Part shown: positions 12,821-24,810 of the stretch, in pieces | Layout of the letters: every line of letters begins with the position of its first letter | How positions within the stretch are numbered: position 1 is the stretch's first letter | From: Mobula hypostoma | Lineage: Eukaryota | Assembly (NCBI RefSeq): GCF_963921235.1 | Contig: NC_086101.1 | Coordinates: forward strand, 11,658,001-11,722,000 | Direction of reading: 5' to 3' | Length of the DNA stretch: 64,000 nucleotides | Notes under the pieces: generated by a model | The model's input: only the letters and a program-made list of their open reading frames with translations | Told to the model about the DNA's origin: nothing | Databases searched by the model: none | Position numbers and translations under genes: made by a program

Positions 12821-13221
12821 GAAAACACAATACCGTCCTTGCCAACGGCTTGCCACATCTGGATGTTTGCTTTAAATAACCTGACACACATTTACCCTTC
12901 TGCATTTCTCAAGCCAGCACGATTTAAATAACGCAATTATTTTGTGACCAGGGCATTTACTTTACCCAGATTTTTGACTACTAAATTGCCTTATCTGAAC
13001 GTGCAGTGAATCCCGGCCCTTACTCACAATTCCACATGGTTAGTGTTCCCAACAAACTTGGAAATGCTACATTTACTGCTCTCGGCCAAGTTGTTCCTAT
13101 AGTTTATGAAAAGCCAGGGCCCTAAGGACTAATCACTGCAAGTTGCCACTGTCAACCTGAGAATGATCTTTTTTATTACCAATTTTTGAAAGGAATTCGG
13201 GGAAAAAACCAGAAAAGTGGA

Positions 13222-13862
13222 GGGAGGAGAAGATGGCGACACGGCGCAGCGCGCGCGGCCGTTCCGAATGATATCGTGCGTGTTAACTAGGGGCTGTGCA
13301 CAATCCTGATTTGATGGAGACAGCTGTGAGAAGCACGGAGGGAACACCTGGAGAAACTTCTGAAATGCCCGCTTTGCTGCCGCTGCTACTATGCAATCAA
13401 GAATCTCTGGAGGGGAAGGCCCCAAATCCTCGGCTTTGTCTATTGCCTGTTGCCAGGGCCGGAGTCGGAATGCTCGGCAGACATGGTGCTCAGTGCTCGG
13501 TGTCGGAGAGCTGTTCGGAGGCTCAAAGTTTTCAGATGGACTCGGAGTCGGACCGTGGTCGGATGCTTCCAGGATGCTGCATTGGCAAGTTGGCGGCGCT
13601 GGAGGTTCACTGCATGAGATGATGGGACTTTCGAGAGACTTTGAGACTTTTTACCGTGCCCATGGTCTGTTCTTTATCAAATTACGGTATTGCTTTGCAC
13701 TGTTGTAACTATATGTTATGTGGTTTTTGTCAGTTTTTCAGTCGGTTTGTCATGTGTTTCTGTGATATCATTCTGGAGAAACGTTGTATCATTTCTTAAT
13801 GCTTGCATTACTAAATGACAATAAAAGAGGACTGCATGACCTCATAATCTAATCTAATCTAA
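13222..13862 (+). mobile_element. Short non-autonomous non-LTR element (CpG-rich) with an (AATCT)n tail
   Basis: Starts GGAGAAGATGGCG, a LINE-like 5' motif; ends AATAAA...AATCTAATCTAATCT. No RT coding capacity. Confidence 0.55.
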
Positions 13863-13919
13863 AAAGCAATTAGGAGGGCTAAAGGAGAAACTGAAATTAC
13901 AAGTACTATTAAAGAAAAG

Positions 13920-14560
13920 CTACAGAGTCTACAGCACAGAAGCGGGCCTTTGGGCTTATCTAGCCCATGCCAAACTGGCTCTCTGCAGAGTTTTGTCAAT
14001 CCACACCCAGATCATAGCCCTCCCTTCTACGTACTTATCCAACCTTCACTCAAAAGTTGCGATCGAACCCACATGCACCAATTCCACTTGGCAGCTTGTT
14101 CCACACTCACTGCACCCTCTGAGTGAAGAAAGTCCCCCTCAGGTTCACCTTAAATGTTTAATCTTTCACACTTAAGCTCTAGTTCTAGTCTCACCTGATC
14201 TCTGGGAAAAATAAACTCTGTATTTACTCTATAGCCCTCATAATTTTGAATACTTCGATAAGATCTTCCCTCATTCTCCTACACTCCAGGGAATAATGTC
14301 CTAACCTATTTACTCTTTCCTATAAGTCAGGCCTTCATGTCCCAGTAACATCCTTGCAAATTTTCTCTGCACCTTTTCATGTTTATTGATATCTTCCCTG
14401 TAAGCAGGTGATGAGACTTACACACCACACTCTAACATTGGCCTCGTCAGTGTCTTATACAATTTCAACATAACATCCCAACTCCTGTACTCAGTTATCT
14501 GATCTCTGACACTCTCTTTTCCAACCCTTTCTAACTGTGACACCATTTTTCAAGGAATGA
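13920..14560 (-). mobile_element. Degenerate CR1 3' region
   Basis: Reverse complement matches the CR1 ORF2 C-terminus and 3' UTR seen elsewhere in the window. Confidence 0.65.
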
Positions 14561-15559
14561 TGTATTCCCAGATCCTTTTGTTCTACTGCAAACTTTGGTG
14601 CCCGATCATTCGCCGTGTAAGTCCTACCCTGTTTGTCTGCATTAAATCCCATCTGCTATTGTTCAGCCCAAGCCATTTTAAAATGCAAATTCGGAAGAAG
14701 AGTGTGAAATGGGAAAAGAGGGATACATTCAAGGATAAAAGAAAAATGAATGTGTGTAGCCAGAGGAAGGGGTAAGGTCCTTCATGAGGACCTGGCACTG
14801 GCGTTTAGCAAGGAGAAGGACGTATATGATGGTGAGCTCGGGGGCAGTTGTGTTAATGTACTAAGGCTCATCAATATTTTGACAGAGAAGATATTGGGCC
14901 TCTTCAAAAACATCAGTTATTTTTTCACTAAAATTTCTGTGGCTTAATCACCAGCTGATCAACTGATCCTTGTAAAATTTAACGCTAAAGTATCCTCCGA
15001 GATACTATTGACACAGGCACTGTAAATATAACAAGTAAGAACATTGATTTGTGTGTATTGGTGTTACAGGAAGTAGCAGTTCCAAAGTAGTGAAGGGTCA
15101 TTTATTTCAATAAACTGGGGTCACCTGGCCGATGTGCGGAGGCAACAATGAAAGCACGAGGCTCGGGTTGTACGTTTATATTCAAACGCTTGGATACTGA
15201 GCGCAGGTGGCTGCAAAGTCTGCTACATCAGGAAACTTGCTTCCTTTGTTTGCATCACATTGGGCTTGTTCAATTATAGCTCATCCCTTTGACTCAGTGT
15301 TTCTTCCTCTGGCCTGCTGGACATTTCTTACTGCTCTGCTTTCCACAACATTTACCCATCTTTCCTCTCTTTCGCTGTATCACACTTTTCTCTGTCTGTC
15401 TGTCTGTCTGTCTCTTTGCAGAACAGGTTTCTCTGCAAGTGGGAGGAGTACTTCATCTGCCACGACACCTCGTCCCTGGTCACCATTCAGAGCCACAAAC
15501 CTGCCAGCTTGGATTCCTCCTCCTCCCGCGCACAACTCCCCCCCACCCCCCAACCTTCT

Positions 15560-16165
15560 TATCCTGGATTCTTCCCTCTTCCTTTCCAGGTGAAGTGACA
15601 TTTCACCTGATAGTCTACCAGGGTCATCTATTGAGTCTGGCACCCGCAGTATGGCCTCCTCTACACTGGAGAGGCCCGACGCCAATTGGGCTACTGCTTC
15701 GTCGAGCACCTTCTACAAAGGGAGGGATTTCTCAATGGCCACCCACTTCAAAATCTGACAACCCATTCCCAATCTGACACGTCTGTCCACTCCACAGCCT
15801 CCTCTACTGCCACGGTGAGGTCACTGTCAGGCTGGGGGATCAACACCTCAGATTTCATCTGGGTAGCCTCCAAGTCGATGGCATAAAGATCGATTTATCT
15901 AATTTACAGTAATTTCTTCCATCTTCTTCCATTTCCCGTTTTGGTTCCCCTCTTAAACCTTCTTTTTTTCACTTGCCCACCCCTCCTCCTTTTTCTCCCC
16001 AGTCCACTCCCCTGTCCTATCAGCTTCCTTCTTCTTCAGCCCTTTACCTCTTCTACCCACCACTTCCCAGCTTCTTACTTCATTCCCACCTTCTCAGGGT
16101 CTTGGCCAAAAACGACCCCTCCATATGCCTGACCTGCTGAGCTCCTCCAGCATTTTGTCTGTATG
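15560..16165 (+). mobile_element. Penelope-like element 3' fragment
   Basis: CCTTTCCAGGTGAAGTGACATTTCACCTG, degenerate GIY-YIG region and terminal CTGCTGAGCTCCTCCAGCATTTTG. Confidence 0.7.
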
Positions 16166-16785
16166 CATTTATATCTTTCTCTCTCTCTCTCCCCCCCTAT
16201 CTCACATACTTTTGGACATAATTTTTCACTGGAGTGCCCTCATTTACCTGGCACCTTGGTGACTTCAGCCATACTGTCACAAGTATTTCATGTCACTTGT
16301 CCCTTCCTCCACATCCATCACTGCAACGTAAAACTATTGCAAGTTGTTCCCCAGGTCCTGGACCTAAACGTTAACCTTGTCTCTTTGTGGTGCATGCCAT
16401 AGCCAGAGTGTGTTCAATAATTATTTTTTAATAGAAAGCTGGCATTGCGAGCATTAACGGCTTTGAGGAACCAGGGAGCTCAGGACTCAGCACCCGCAGT
16501 TGCTGCAGAGGAGCATCGAGAATGGAAATTTTCTCAGTCTTTATATTTTCACAACGTTTTATGGAAACGGTAACCTACTCGAATTAATGGATCTACAATT
16601 CAGCAGAAAAATATTTTTTATTCAAAAATAATCGATTACAATCAAATTTATTTGCTCTCCATACACATATATTCCCACTGGTTGGGGATTATTGGGATCC
16701 GATCGGCGCCAACTCGCTGTCAATGTGGTTTTAGCCCCACAGCCCCTGAGCTGTGCTCCTGATGCAGGTCACAGACCCAACTTGT

Positions 16786-19700
16786 TTACAGACCCGGATC
16801 GGAACCGGAGCACATTCTCATCCACTGGTTTTCATCCCAATTCCCGAAGAAAGGATAAAGTTTCTCCGTGAATTTATTTCCAGTGAAGGTGTACAGATGG
16901 GACTTGGTCTCCACGTTGTAAAATGAAACTGTTCCGGACTCATAACTGAGATAAACTCCCACCCTCCCGGGGATGGGACCAGCAGGGAGAGGGGACTGAG
17001 GAGAGGTGTTTACATACAAGCTGTCACTCCATCGCCCGATGGTCCAGAATCCATTTTCTGGTATCAGTGCAATCCATTTCTCCCTCTCCACAGACTCAGT
17101 GGCGACTCCCAGACTCCAGCCCCGGTTCCCCGCCACCTCCACCTCCCAGTAATGTCTCCCCGATGTGAATCCCTCCAATCCGAGCACACAAGCCCGGGCT
17201 GTGAACCTCTTCCCGGAGTCCGGGAGATCCCTCGATATCTGGCTCCGTCTCACACTCTTCCAGTCCTCGGACACCTCGAGCCACAGACCCGCTGTTTCCA
17301 CATCCAGGGTGATGGAGACTGTGAGGGAAAGCAGAGAATTAGAGAAACCCGGCAGCATGGTTTTGAGACTGGGAAAGAGGCGGCTCAGCCTGAGCCACGG
17401 TGGTACAGGCAGCAGAAACCTTTCCCAGGGCTTCAGCTACCCTCATCAGGTGAATAACAAACTTTTTCATAAGCTTCGATCATAAAACTCAACTGTTCCT
17501 GCAGGTACCTACCGCCTGACGTACCGAGTGTATTTTTTCATCTCAATTTTCCTCATTTATTCCTGGGCTTGAGAGCAGGGTTTTGGAGGTGAGCCCGCAG
17601 TGTGGGTGAAGGGGAAGGGGGTGTTACGCATGCTGAGCCCGCGGCAAGCAGAGTAGAAAGCATCGGAAGGATTAGCAAGCAGGAGAGGAGTTTAGCGGGG
17701 GAGGGCAGAGGGGCCGAATGATCTGGTGCCCGAGAGAGAGAGAGGGTGGAAGAGGAACAAAAATAGAATAAAGATTAGCTTTATTTGTCACATGTAGAGT
17801 ACACTGAAACATACAGTAAAATCTCTCGTTTCACTCCAATCAAATCTGCAGGTGTCACCATCCTTCCTGCACCAATGAAATGTGGGAGGAAACCGGAATA
17901 CCAGGAGGAAACCCACCCTGTTGGCGCTGGAAAGTGAAGCACAGCCGACTATGCTGTCGTGTCGCCCTGCGGTGGGAGTTCTGGAGGAGGTTCCTCATTG
18001 ACCAGGCAAACTCAGTGCTGGAGAGGACTGAAGGTGGTCGGGGAGTGGGGTGTAATTAACAGAAGTTCAAGAAATCAATGGGAAGAGGTGCAGTCGACGT
18101 TTCAGGCCGAGACCCTTTGTCAGGACTAACTGAAGGAAGTACTAGCTCTTCCTTCAGTTAGTCCTGATGAAGGGTCTTGGCCCGAAACGTCGACTGTACC
18201 TCTTCCTAGAGATGCTGCCTGGCCTGCTGCGTTCACCAGCAACTTTGATGTGTGTTGCTTGAATTTCCAGCATCTGCAGAATTCCTGTTGTTCAAGAAAT
18301 CAATGTTCATGCCCTCAATTTGGAGGCTACCTGGACTAAATCTAAGTCTGTTGCTCCTCCAACCTGAGCGTGGCCTAATCGCAGCAATATGGGAGGCCAA
18401 GGACGGACATGAGGGACAGGCAATGGGAAGTAGAATTGAAATGGGTGTCCACTGGCAGATCCTGTTTTTTTGAGGCAGACGGAACAAAGGTGCTCGATGA
18501 AGCAGTCTCTCAATCTACGTCAGGTCTCAACAATTTACAGGATGCCACGCCAAGAGCACCAGGTACAATAGATGACCCCAACAGACTCGCAGGTGGAGTG
18601 TCGCCTCACCTGGAAGGAAAGTCTGGGGGTCCCTGAACGGTAGTGAGGGAGGAGGTGTAGGGGCAGACGTAGTGCTTGTTCCGCTTGTAAGGATAAGTGC
18701 CGGGAGTGAGATCAGTGGGGAGGGATGAATGGACCAAGGAGTCGCATACGGAGTCGGGAGGAGGCAAAGATGTGCTTGGTGGTGGGACCCCACTGGAGAT
18801 GGTGGAAGTTATGGAGAATTATGTGCTGGACGCTGAGGCTGGTAGGGTGGTAGGTGAGAACAAGAGGAACAAGAGATACAGGTTGATGGTGGAGGAAGTG
18901 AAGCCCCTTTCTTTGAAGAAGGAGGACATCACAGTAGTTCTGGAATGTAAAGCCTCATATTGAAAGCAGATGTGGCGGAGATAGAGGAACTGAGAGAAGG
19001 GGATGGCATTTTTACATGTAACAGGGTGGGAAGAGGTATAGGCCAGATAGTTGTGAGAGTCAGTGGTTTTTTTATTAGTAGATAGACATGATGTTACATT
19101 CGTGGCTTTGGTCTTGACATCAAGAATCAGCTGCTCTGCCTCACAATAACTCATCCCTTGGGGCAGCTGAACCTCTCCTGCTGCTCCTGAAACTGGACAG
19201 GGTCTGTGTAAACCTCCTGATCAGGGTGAGGGTTAGGGAACAGCTTTTCTTTTGGGAGTTTGGGGTGGGGGGGGGGAATTCTGTTTAAATTTGCATATGA
19301 ATATGGAAATTAGTTTTTCCGATGTTTGCTGCCCAAGTTCTTAAATAATGCTTGGGTTGTTCTTTTTATCCCATCTGGACTCTGCTTCTCGCTTTGAAAA
19401 TGAAAGGAGGGTGAAACAGAAAGAGGGAGAGGGTGAGAGGGAAGAGGTGTGAGGGAGAGATATATAGAGAGAGATAGAGATACATAGGTAGATAGACAGA
19501 GGGAGAGAGTGAGACAAAGAGAGTTAGAGAGATTGAAAGAGAGATAGAGAGAGAGAGAGAGGGAGATGAAGAGAATAAATATGAAATCTGTCCTTTACAG
19601 GAAACACCTTCTTAGAGAGATGTAGGCTTATCAGGGTGTTAGAAGGATCTAGGTCAACTAACCTACCTGGGTCATCTAATTGGCTCTGGTCCAGGGCTAC

Positions 19701-22700
19701 AACCAGCATTGTTCTGTGATCTCTGCCCCCACACTCATGCCTTTCCCTTTTCTTCCTTTCAACTCTGACTGGTTCAAGCCAGTCAAAGTAGATGACCCAG
19801 ACACTGAGTCTAACAAGATTACGGATTGCTTCTTTGGCAAGCCTGCCACTTTAACATAATAAACAGCTACTCGTCTGAGAATGGTGTCAGGTTTAGCAGT
19901 TCATTAGCTGAAATTCCTTGAGTCCACATTCAGTAGTTGGTGATTAGATTATCCTAGAGCAAGAACCAGTTCAGAGTTCATAAAATGGGGGACTGCAAGA
20001 ACAGTCTCACAAAATGGCCACCTCCATCTCCTTCAAATTGGGCTTGGTGCAAATGAATATCAGTCAGATCCAAACTGAATTTCCCTAACCAAATATACTG
20101 CATGAAATTATTCTCTGTTATCTTTATATAATGGGAACAACTGTAAACTGTAAATCAGGGACAAATAAATTGTTATGTTATTTACCAGATTGAATGTTAT
20201 TAAGCATTTCCCTCCACACTGGGAATGGTAAAGGCCCATTGAATTCTGTCATTGTCAGAGCCTCGTCTCGGACTATCAGTATCTGATCATCTTCAAGCCT
20301 GCAAATATTAAACAATCAGGTATAAATTTAATGTGGGTACTTTGCTGATCATATTTTACAAATAAATGGAGCGGTGTTAAGAAATAAGCATGTCCTACCT
20401 CCTCCTCTTCCGGCACGATTCCTCCTGAAATAAATAATACAGTATTCCAAATAGGCAGAGACTAAGTTTGGTGTCAGTTGCAAGGCTATTTTACGTTCAT
20501 GCCAAGTTCAAGTTTATTGTCATCTGACTGCACACATATACATTCAGACGAAACAGCGTAGCTCCGGACCATGGTGCACCCAGAAAACATACATCACACA
20601 CAGCACGTTAAAAAAAAATTATCACAAGTTAATAAACTATAATTCAAAATGTATATAGTGCACATTACAGGTTAACAAGAAAGAGTAAACAGTATACAAA
20701 ACAGTAAAGTGCTTGCTATCCTAGCGATGAGACCTCAGTAGCAGAAGGGCATTCATCCATAAGTCATACAGTCTGAGGGAAGAATGCTGTGTGACTAATG
20801 AATTAATTCATTAACATTTTTAAGTTAATAATTAAAGCTGCAACTTTTACTCTTAAATCTAGATAACATCTCAAAGTTGTACTTCTCTTCCGCATTCACT
20901 AAGGAATAGCACATCATAGTTGGAGTATTCAGGATTCTGGGCTGAAATTCTACAAGATGTTCTCATTAAATATGAAGAAGTATTTGAGTCTTAGCAGGCT
21001 GAAAATTGAATAAATCCCTAGGGCCGTCTTAGATGTATCTCAGGCAAAGGTGAAGGCTGCAGGGACCCTGGCAGATAGTTAAATCTTTGCCTGTGAAATA
21101 TTACCCATCTACTTGCCATCAAAAACAGATATGCAGCACTGTGCTGGATAAAAGGCCAGCAATATCATATATCACACTGCTTACAGACTGCTTGTCCCAT
21201 TCCCATGAAGGAAGAGGCTACACAACATCCATGCCAGGACCACCAGACTCAAAATAGTTACCTTCCCCAAGTCCTCAGGCCATTAACTAGCCCCACTACA
21301 CTCCCAACCACCACTACTTTATCATGTCTTGAGAGAATTACCTTATGTACAGACACTACTGCACCTAGTGTCACTTTATGTACAAACAATCATTCTACGC
21401 ATATAAGCTAATGTTGTGTATTTATAGTTACTGTATTTTTAGTTGTGTTCTTTGTGCTGCATCAGACCCAGAGTAACAATTATTTTGTTCTCCTTTACAC
21501 TTGTGCACTGCCGACTGACAACAGCTTTGAACCTTAAACCCTGAATCTCGAATTAAGTGCCAGTGGTAACTTTATTCAAGAAGGGCATTAGGGATAAAGT
21601 GGGTAATTATGGGGCAGTGAGTCTAATGTCAGTGTAGGAAAATTGTAGAGGACAAAAAACCTCCTAGGAACAGGACAAATCTACACGTGATATGGCCAGG
21701 ATTAATCAAAGGGTAGACGGTATGATGTTATTAAAGATAAGGAGAGAAAGAGAAAGATTATCTGTATTTGTCACATGTACATCAAAACATTGAACCATAC
21801 AGTGAAATACGTTGTTTGTTTGAACAACCAACAGAGTCGGGGAAGTACTGGGGGGAGCAGCCTGCAAGTGTTGCCATGCTTCCGGCTCCAACGCAGCATG
21901 CGCGCATCTCACTAACCCTCATACGTATGTATATGGGAATCTGTCAGTGCATTCCATACATCCACCAATCCCTATGTAAATAAATACTTCTGACCCCCAC
22001 TGTACTTTCCTCCAATCAGTTTAAAATAACACCCCTTTGCATTAGCCATTTCCACACTGGGAAAATGTCTTTGGCTGCCCACTCAATCTATGCCTCTTAT
22101 CATCTTATACACGTCTATCAAGTCATATCTCACCTTCCTTCCCTCCAAAGAGGGAATCCCGACCTCACTCAAGCTCTCCACACAGACATGCTCTCCAATC
22201 CAGGTAGCACCCCGGTAAGTCTGGGATAATACTCTAGTGAGATAAACTGCAGTTCAGCAATACAAAATCCGTGAGTTACATAAATCTGCAGAGTTTCAGT
22301 GGAGTTCTTCAAATGCTGGGATTGTTGTAAAATTCTACTCGCTGTGGAATCGGTCTGTCAGATTTGTTTGGATCTTCTGGGGACTTCAGATCCTCAGTAA
22401 AATCAGAGAAACATAACTGCTTGTGGAAAGTCCCAACAGCTCATCAAACACGTAAATGCGGTGCAATTCATGAGAATCAATAAATCAAATCTTTCCTCAT
22501 TCCCACCCAACCCCAAATCCCTCACCTTTAGAAATATCACTCCATCTTTCTGTTCTATCTGTTGCTGTAACATTGAGATTTCATCCTCAATGGAAGTTAA
22601 TTTCTCTCGAATCTCCTGAAGACGTCTCTCCATTAGATCCACAATCCTTTCCTCCTGTTCTTTGAGATCTCCGATTAAATGCTTCTCCTTCTCGGCGAGA

Positions 22701-23725
22701 CTCTGACGTATTTTAGTGAACTCGGTTGAGACATGGGACTCCAGACTGCGTGACTGATCCTACCGGACGAAATATGGACATTTTTGTAGAACACAATAAC
22801 TGGAGGAAAACTGAGATCACAAAGAGTCAGAAGGGGCGACTTTACCTGAATCTCAGAAATCCTCTGTTTCTGCTGCTGCTCCATATTCAGAATTGCCATT
22901 TTCTTCTCAGTGAGCGAGGTGAGAGAAGATTTCATTTGATTCTGTGTTGGAGAAGGTCATGAAAAACGCATTAATGGTTCAATAGTTGCATTTAATATCA
23001 GAGAATATACTGTATCCCTGAGATTCTTCCTCTTTGCAGGCATCCACAGAAGAAAACCCCAAAGAATGAACACCAGAGGAAAGTTAGAACCCCAAGCCCC
23101 CTCCCCTCCCCCTCCCCCTCCCCCTCCCCCGCACAAGCAGCAAAGCATCAATCCTCCCCCTCCCCCCACTTGTTCCAGCAGGAAGCATCAGCGCCCACCA
23201 CACACCAAGCATGCAATAGCAAAGCCCCCGAAGAGACCATGATCTGCAAAAAACATTACAGAATTTAAAAAGCACGAGGTTAAGTAGATGATTAAATCTG
23301 TCTCTCTTTTTTACCTTGCAAACTTCAACGGCTTCTTTAATCGGCATAAAGTTATGAGACTTGTGCTCCCGCGCATCCCTACAGATCAGGCAAATCAGTG
23401 TCTTGTCCGTCTCACAAAACAACTTCAGTTCTTCCTCATGCTCCTCGCAGTTCAGTTTACTTTCCTTCCCTGAAGGATACAGCAGCAGTTTCCGAGCTTT
23501 CTCTGCCAGTCTCACTACGACCCGGTTCACTCTGAGGATTGTTTCCTGAAATTGCTCTCTGCATTCCGGGCAGGATTTGTTCTCCTCCTTTTCCCAACAC
23601 CGTGCGATACACGAGCGGCAGAAGTTGTGTCCACACCCCAGTGACACCGGATCCGTATAGAAATCCAGGCAGACAGAGCAAATTACCTCCTCCGTCCAGC
23701 TCTCAACCGGGTGCTTCGAAGCCAT
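16786..23725 (-). CDS. TRIM gene B, complete RING-Bbox-CC-PRY/SPRY E3 ubiquitin ligase (~470 aa)
   Basis: Exons 23725-23315 (411), 22941-22846 (96), 22759-22526 (234), 20424-20399 (26), 20298-20186 (113), 17318-16786 (533, PRY/SPRY: TLDVETA..GRHYWEVEV..GVYLSYESGTVSFYN..LYPFF, ending TAA). Total 1413 nt, open frame, canonical splice sites. Confidence 0.92.
18040..19065 (-). mobile_element. Penelope-like element fragment in gene B intron 5, with a palindromic hammerhead insert at 18081-18289
   Basis: HNYLAYTSSHPVTCKNAIPFSQFLYLRHIC..MSSFFKERGF on the minus strand. The insert is bounded by the 16-bp TSD GTTCAAGAAATCAATG. Confidence 0.85.
18160..18195 (+). ncRNA. Minimal hammerhead ribozyme motif, intact core
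   Basis: AGTC-CTGATGA-A-GGGTCTTGGCCC-GAAAC-GTC-GACT; predicted cleavage after C18191. Confidence 0.78.
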
Positions 23726-24356
23726 TTTAATGCAACACTTCCTGGTCCGAAATGCTTTCGCATTCGCGAAGCTGCCGAAACCCTGCAGTAACCACGTTTG
23801 TCCACTGAAGGCGCTGCAGTACCCGCAATGCCCAGAAACGACCCGAGTGCTGCAGGCGTACGGGGTGAAAGTTCACAGTAAATTTTATTGTCAGAGTACA
23901 TCAATGTCGCCGCATACAACCGTGAGATTCATTTACCTGCGAACATACTCAGCAAATCTATAGAATAGTAACTATAAAAGGATCAATGAAAGATCAAGTA
24001 CAGTGTAGAAGATAACTGTGCAAATGCAAATATTAATAAACAACAATTAATAAAGAGAACTTGAAATAACAAGGAAAAGAGCCCTTAAAGTGAGATAATT
24101 GGTTGTGAAAACAACTAAATAGTGTAGTTATCCCCGTTTGTTCAAGAGTCTGATGGTTGAAGGGCAGCAACTGTTCTTGAACCTGGTGCTGAGAGTCCCA
24201 AGGCTCCTGTACCTACCTGATAGAAGCATTAACTGGGTGGTGAGGATCATTGATGATGGATTCTGCTTTCCTATGACAGCATTTCATGTTTCATGCTCAA
24301 TGGTTAGGAGAACTTTACTGGTGATGTACAGGGCCAAATCCACTACCTTTTGTCAG

Positions 24357-24810
24357 ATTTTCCTGGATTGGGGAGCATGCCTTATGAGAATAGGTTGAGT
24401 GAACACAGCCTTTTCTCCTTGGAGCAATGGAAGATAGGAGGTGACCTGATAGAGGTGTACAAGTTAATGAAAGGCATTGATCGTGTGGATAGTCAGAGGC
24501 TTTTTCCCAGGGCTGAAATGGCTAGCATGAGAGGACATAGTTTTAAGGAGCATTGGAAGCAGGTACAGAGGAGATGTCAGGGGTAGGTATTTTACACAGA
24601 GAGTGGTGAGTGTGAGGAATGGGCTGCTGGCAACAGTGGTGGAAGCGGAAACGACAGAGTCTTTTAAGAGACTCCTGGATGGATACATGGAGCTTAGAAA
24701 AGTAGAGGGCTATGGTTAAGTCTAGGTAGTTCCAAGGTAAGGACATGTTCAGCACAGCCTTGTGGGCCAAAGGGCCTGTATTGTGCTGTAGGTTTTCTAT
24801 GTTTCTATTT
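24357..24810 (+). mobile_element. CR1 3' fragment inserted in a Rex1-like element
   Basis: [28 protein letters not shown] motif and TTTCTATG tail. Confidence 0.8.

Noticed and set aside
17319..17358. N-terminal extensions of the B30.2 ORFs (also 37754-37847 and 59198-59348) as single-exon genes
   Set aside because: They are intronic polypyrimidine/acceptor sequence; phase-1 splicing from exon 5 explains the frame.
19420..19570. GA-rich tract
   Set aside because: Ordinary low-complexity (GA)n/(GATA)n sequence in an intron.
23084..23314. Gly/Arg-rich C-terminus of the 213-aa ORF
   Set aside because: It is read-through into intron 1 past the GT donor at 23313-23314; the sequence is a TE-derived C-rich tract.
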